DNA of 64,000 nt. It comes from Octopus bimaculoides (lineage: Eukaryota). The notes beneath the pieces were generated by a model. That model made no database searches, was not told where the DNA came from, and was given only the letters and a program-made list of their open reading frames with translations. Shown here piece after piece: positions 63,531 through 64,000 of the stretch; the stretch's first letter is position 1; each line of letters starts with the position of its first letter. The translations under genes and the position numbers were made by a program. The stretch is from contig NC_068982.1 in NCBI RefSeq assembly GCF_001194135.2, positions 89,322,778 to 89,386,777 on the forward strand. The letters are read 5' to 3'.

Positions 63531-64000
63531 GTAAAAGCATAAAACTCTGAAGGAAAAACAAGCTATTGATATACGTATGAGCCACTGGAGAGCTTCTATA
63601 TAAACAGGTGACTTGCTAAAACTAGTATGCAAATATCTAGCAAATCACACCTGACTGACTTTAAAGAGGACAGATACACTGGATACATGCCCTAGATACA
63701 TCATACTTGAAAAAGAAAAATGGGATGGCCATGAGTGGAATACCTTTAATTGTAGGTTTCCCAGATCAGGAACCAAACATAAACTTATATAGTTCCAAAA
63801 GATATAAATAAAAGGTAATAATCGTTTTGGTGGATCTAAAATGTGATGCTCATGCTTTCGTCAAAAGCTCTGAGAAGTGAAATGTCAGCAACTCAGCTAA
63901 ATATTGAGAAAAAATTTTGCTGCCACCACCACCGATGACAACAAAAATAGTTGATATTCATCAATCACTACGTTAATAACAAGTTAGTCAATTTTGCTAA

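Overview
AT-rich eukaryotic (animal) genomic DNA with five N-gaps and many microsatellites. The SINE, LINE and microsatellite landscape looks to me like an octopod cephalopod; that is an inference from recalled repeat families, not proven. The only host gene I can support is the 3' part of an M17 leucyl-aminopeptidase-like gene on the minus strand: five coding exons between 62075 and 47995, with an NTDAEGR metal-binding motif, canonical GT-AG splice sites and one exon start hidden in an 11-N gap. The rest is a nested transposon graveyard: a cluster of R4/Dong-like non-LTR fragments (12-25 kb), RTE-clade LINEs, two Penelope-like fragments, Tc1, mariner and maT-like DNA transposons with TIRs/TSDs, a Helitron helicase relic, and four tRNA-derived SINE families. 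The most interesting signal, not visible in the ORF track, is a set of type-I hammerhead-ribozyme-like motifs. One is nearly intact (5359-5524), and one pair sits in inverted arms around a tRNA-like Pol III head (44680-45096). They suggest Penelope-dependent, retrozyme-like non-autonomous elements. All motifs were folded by eye, and most TE boundaries are approximate.
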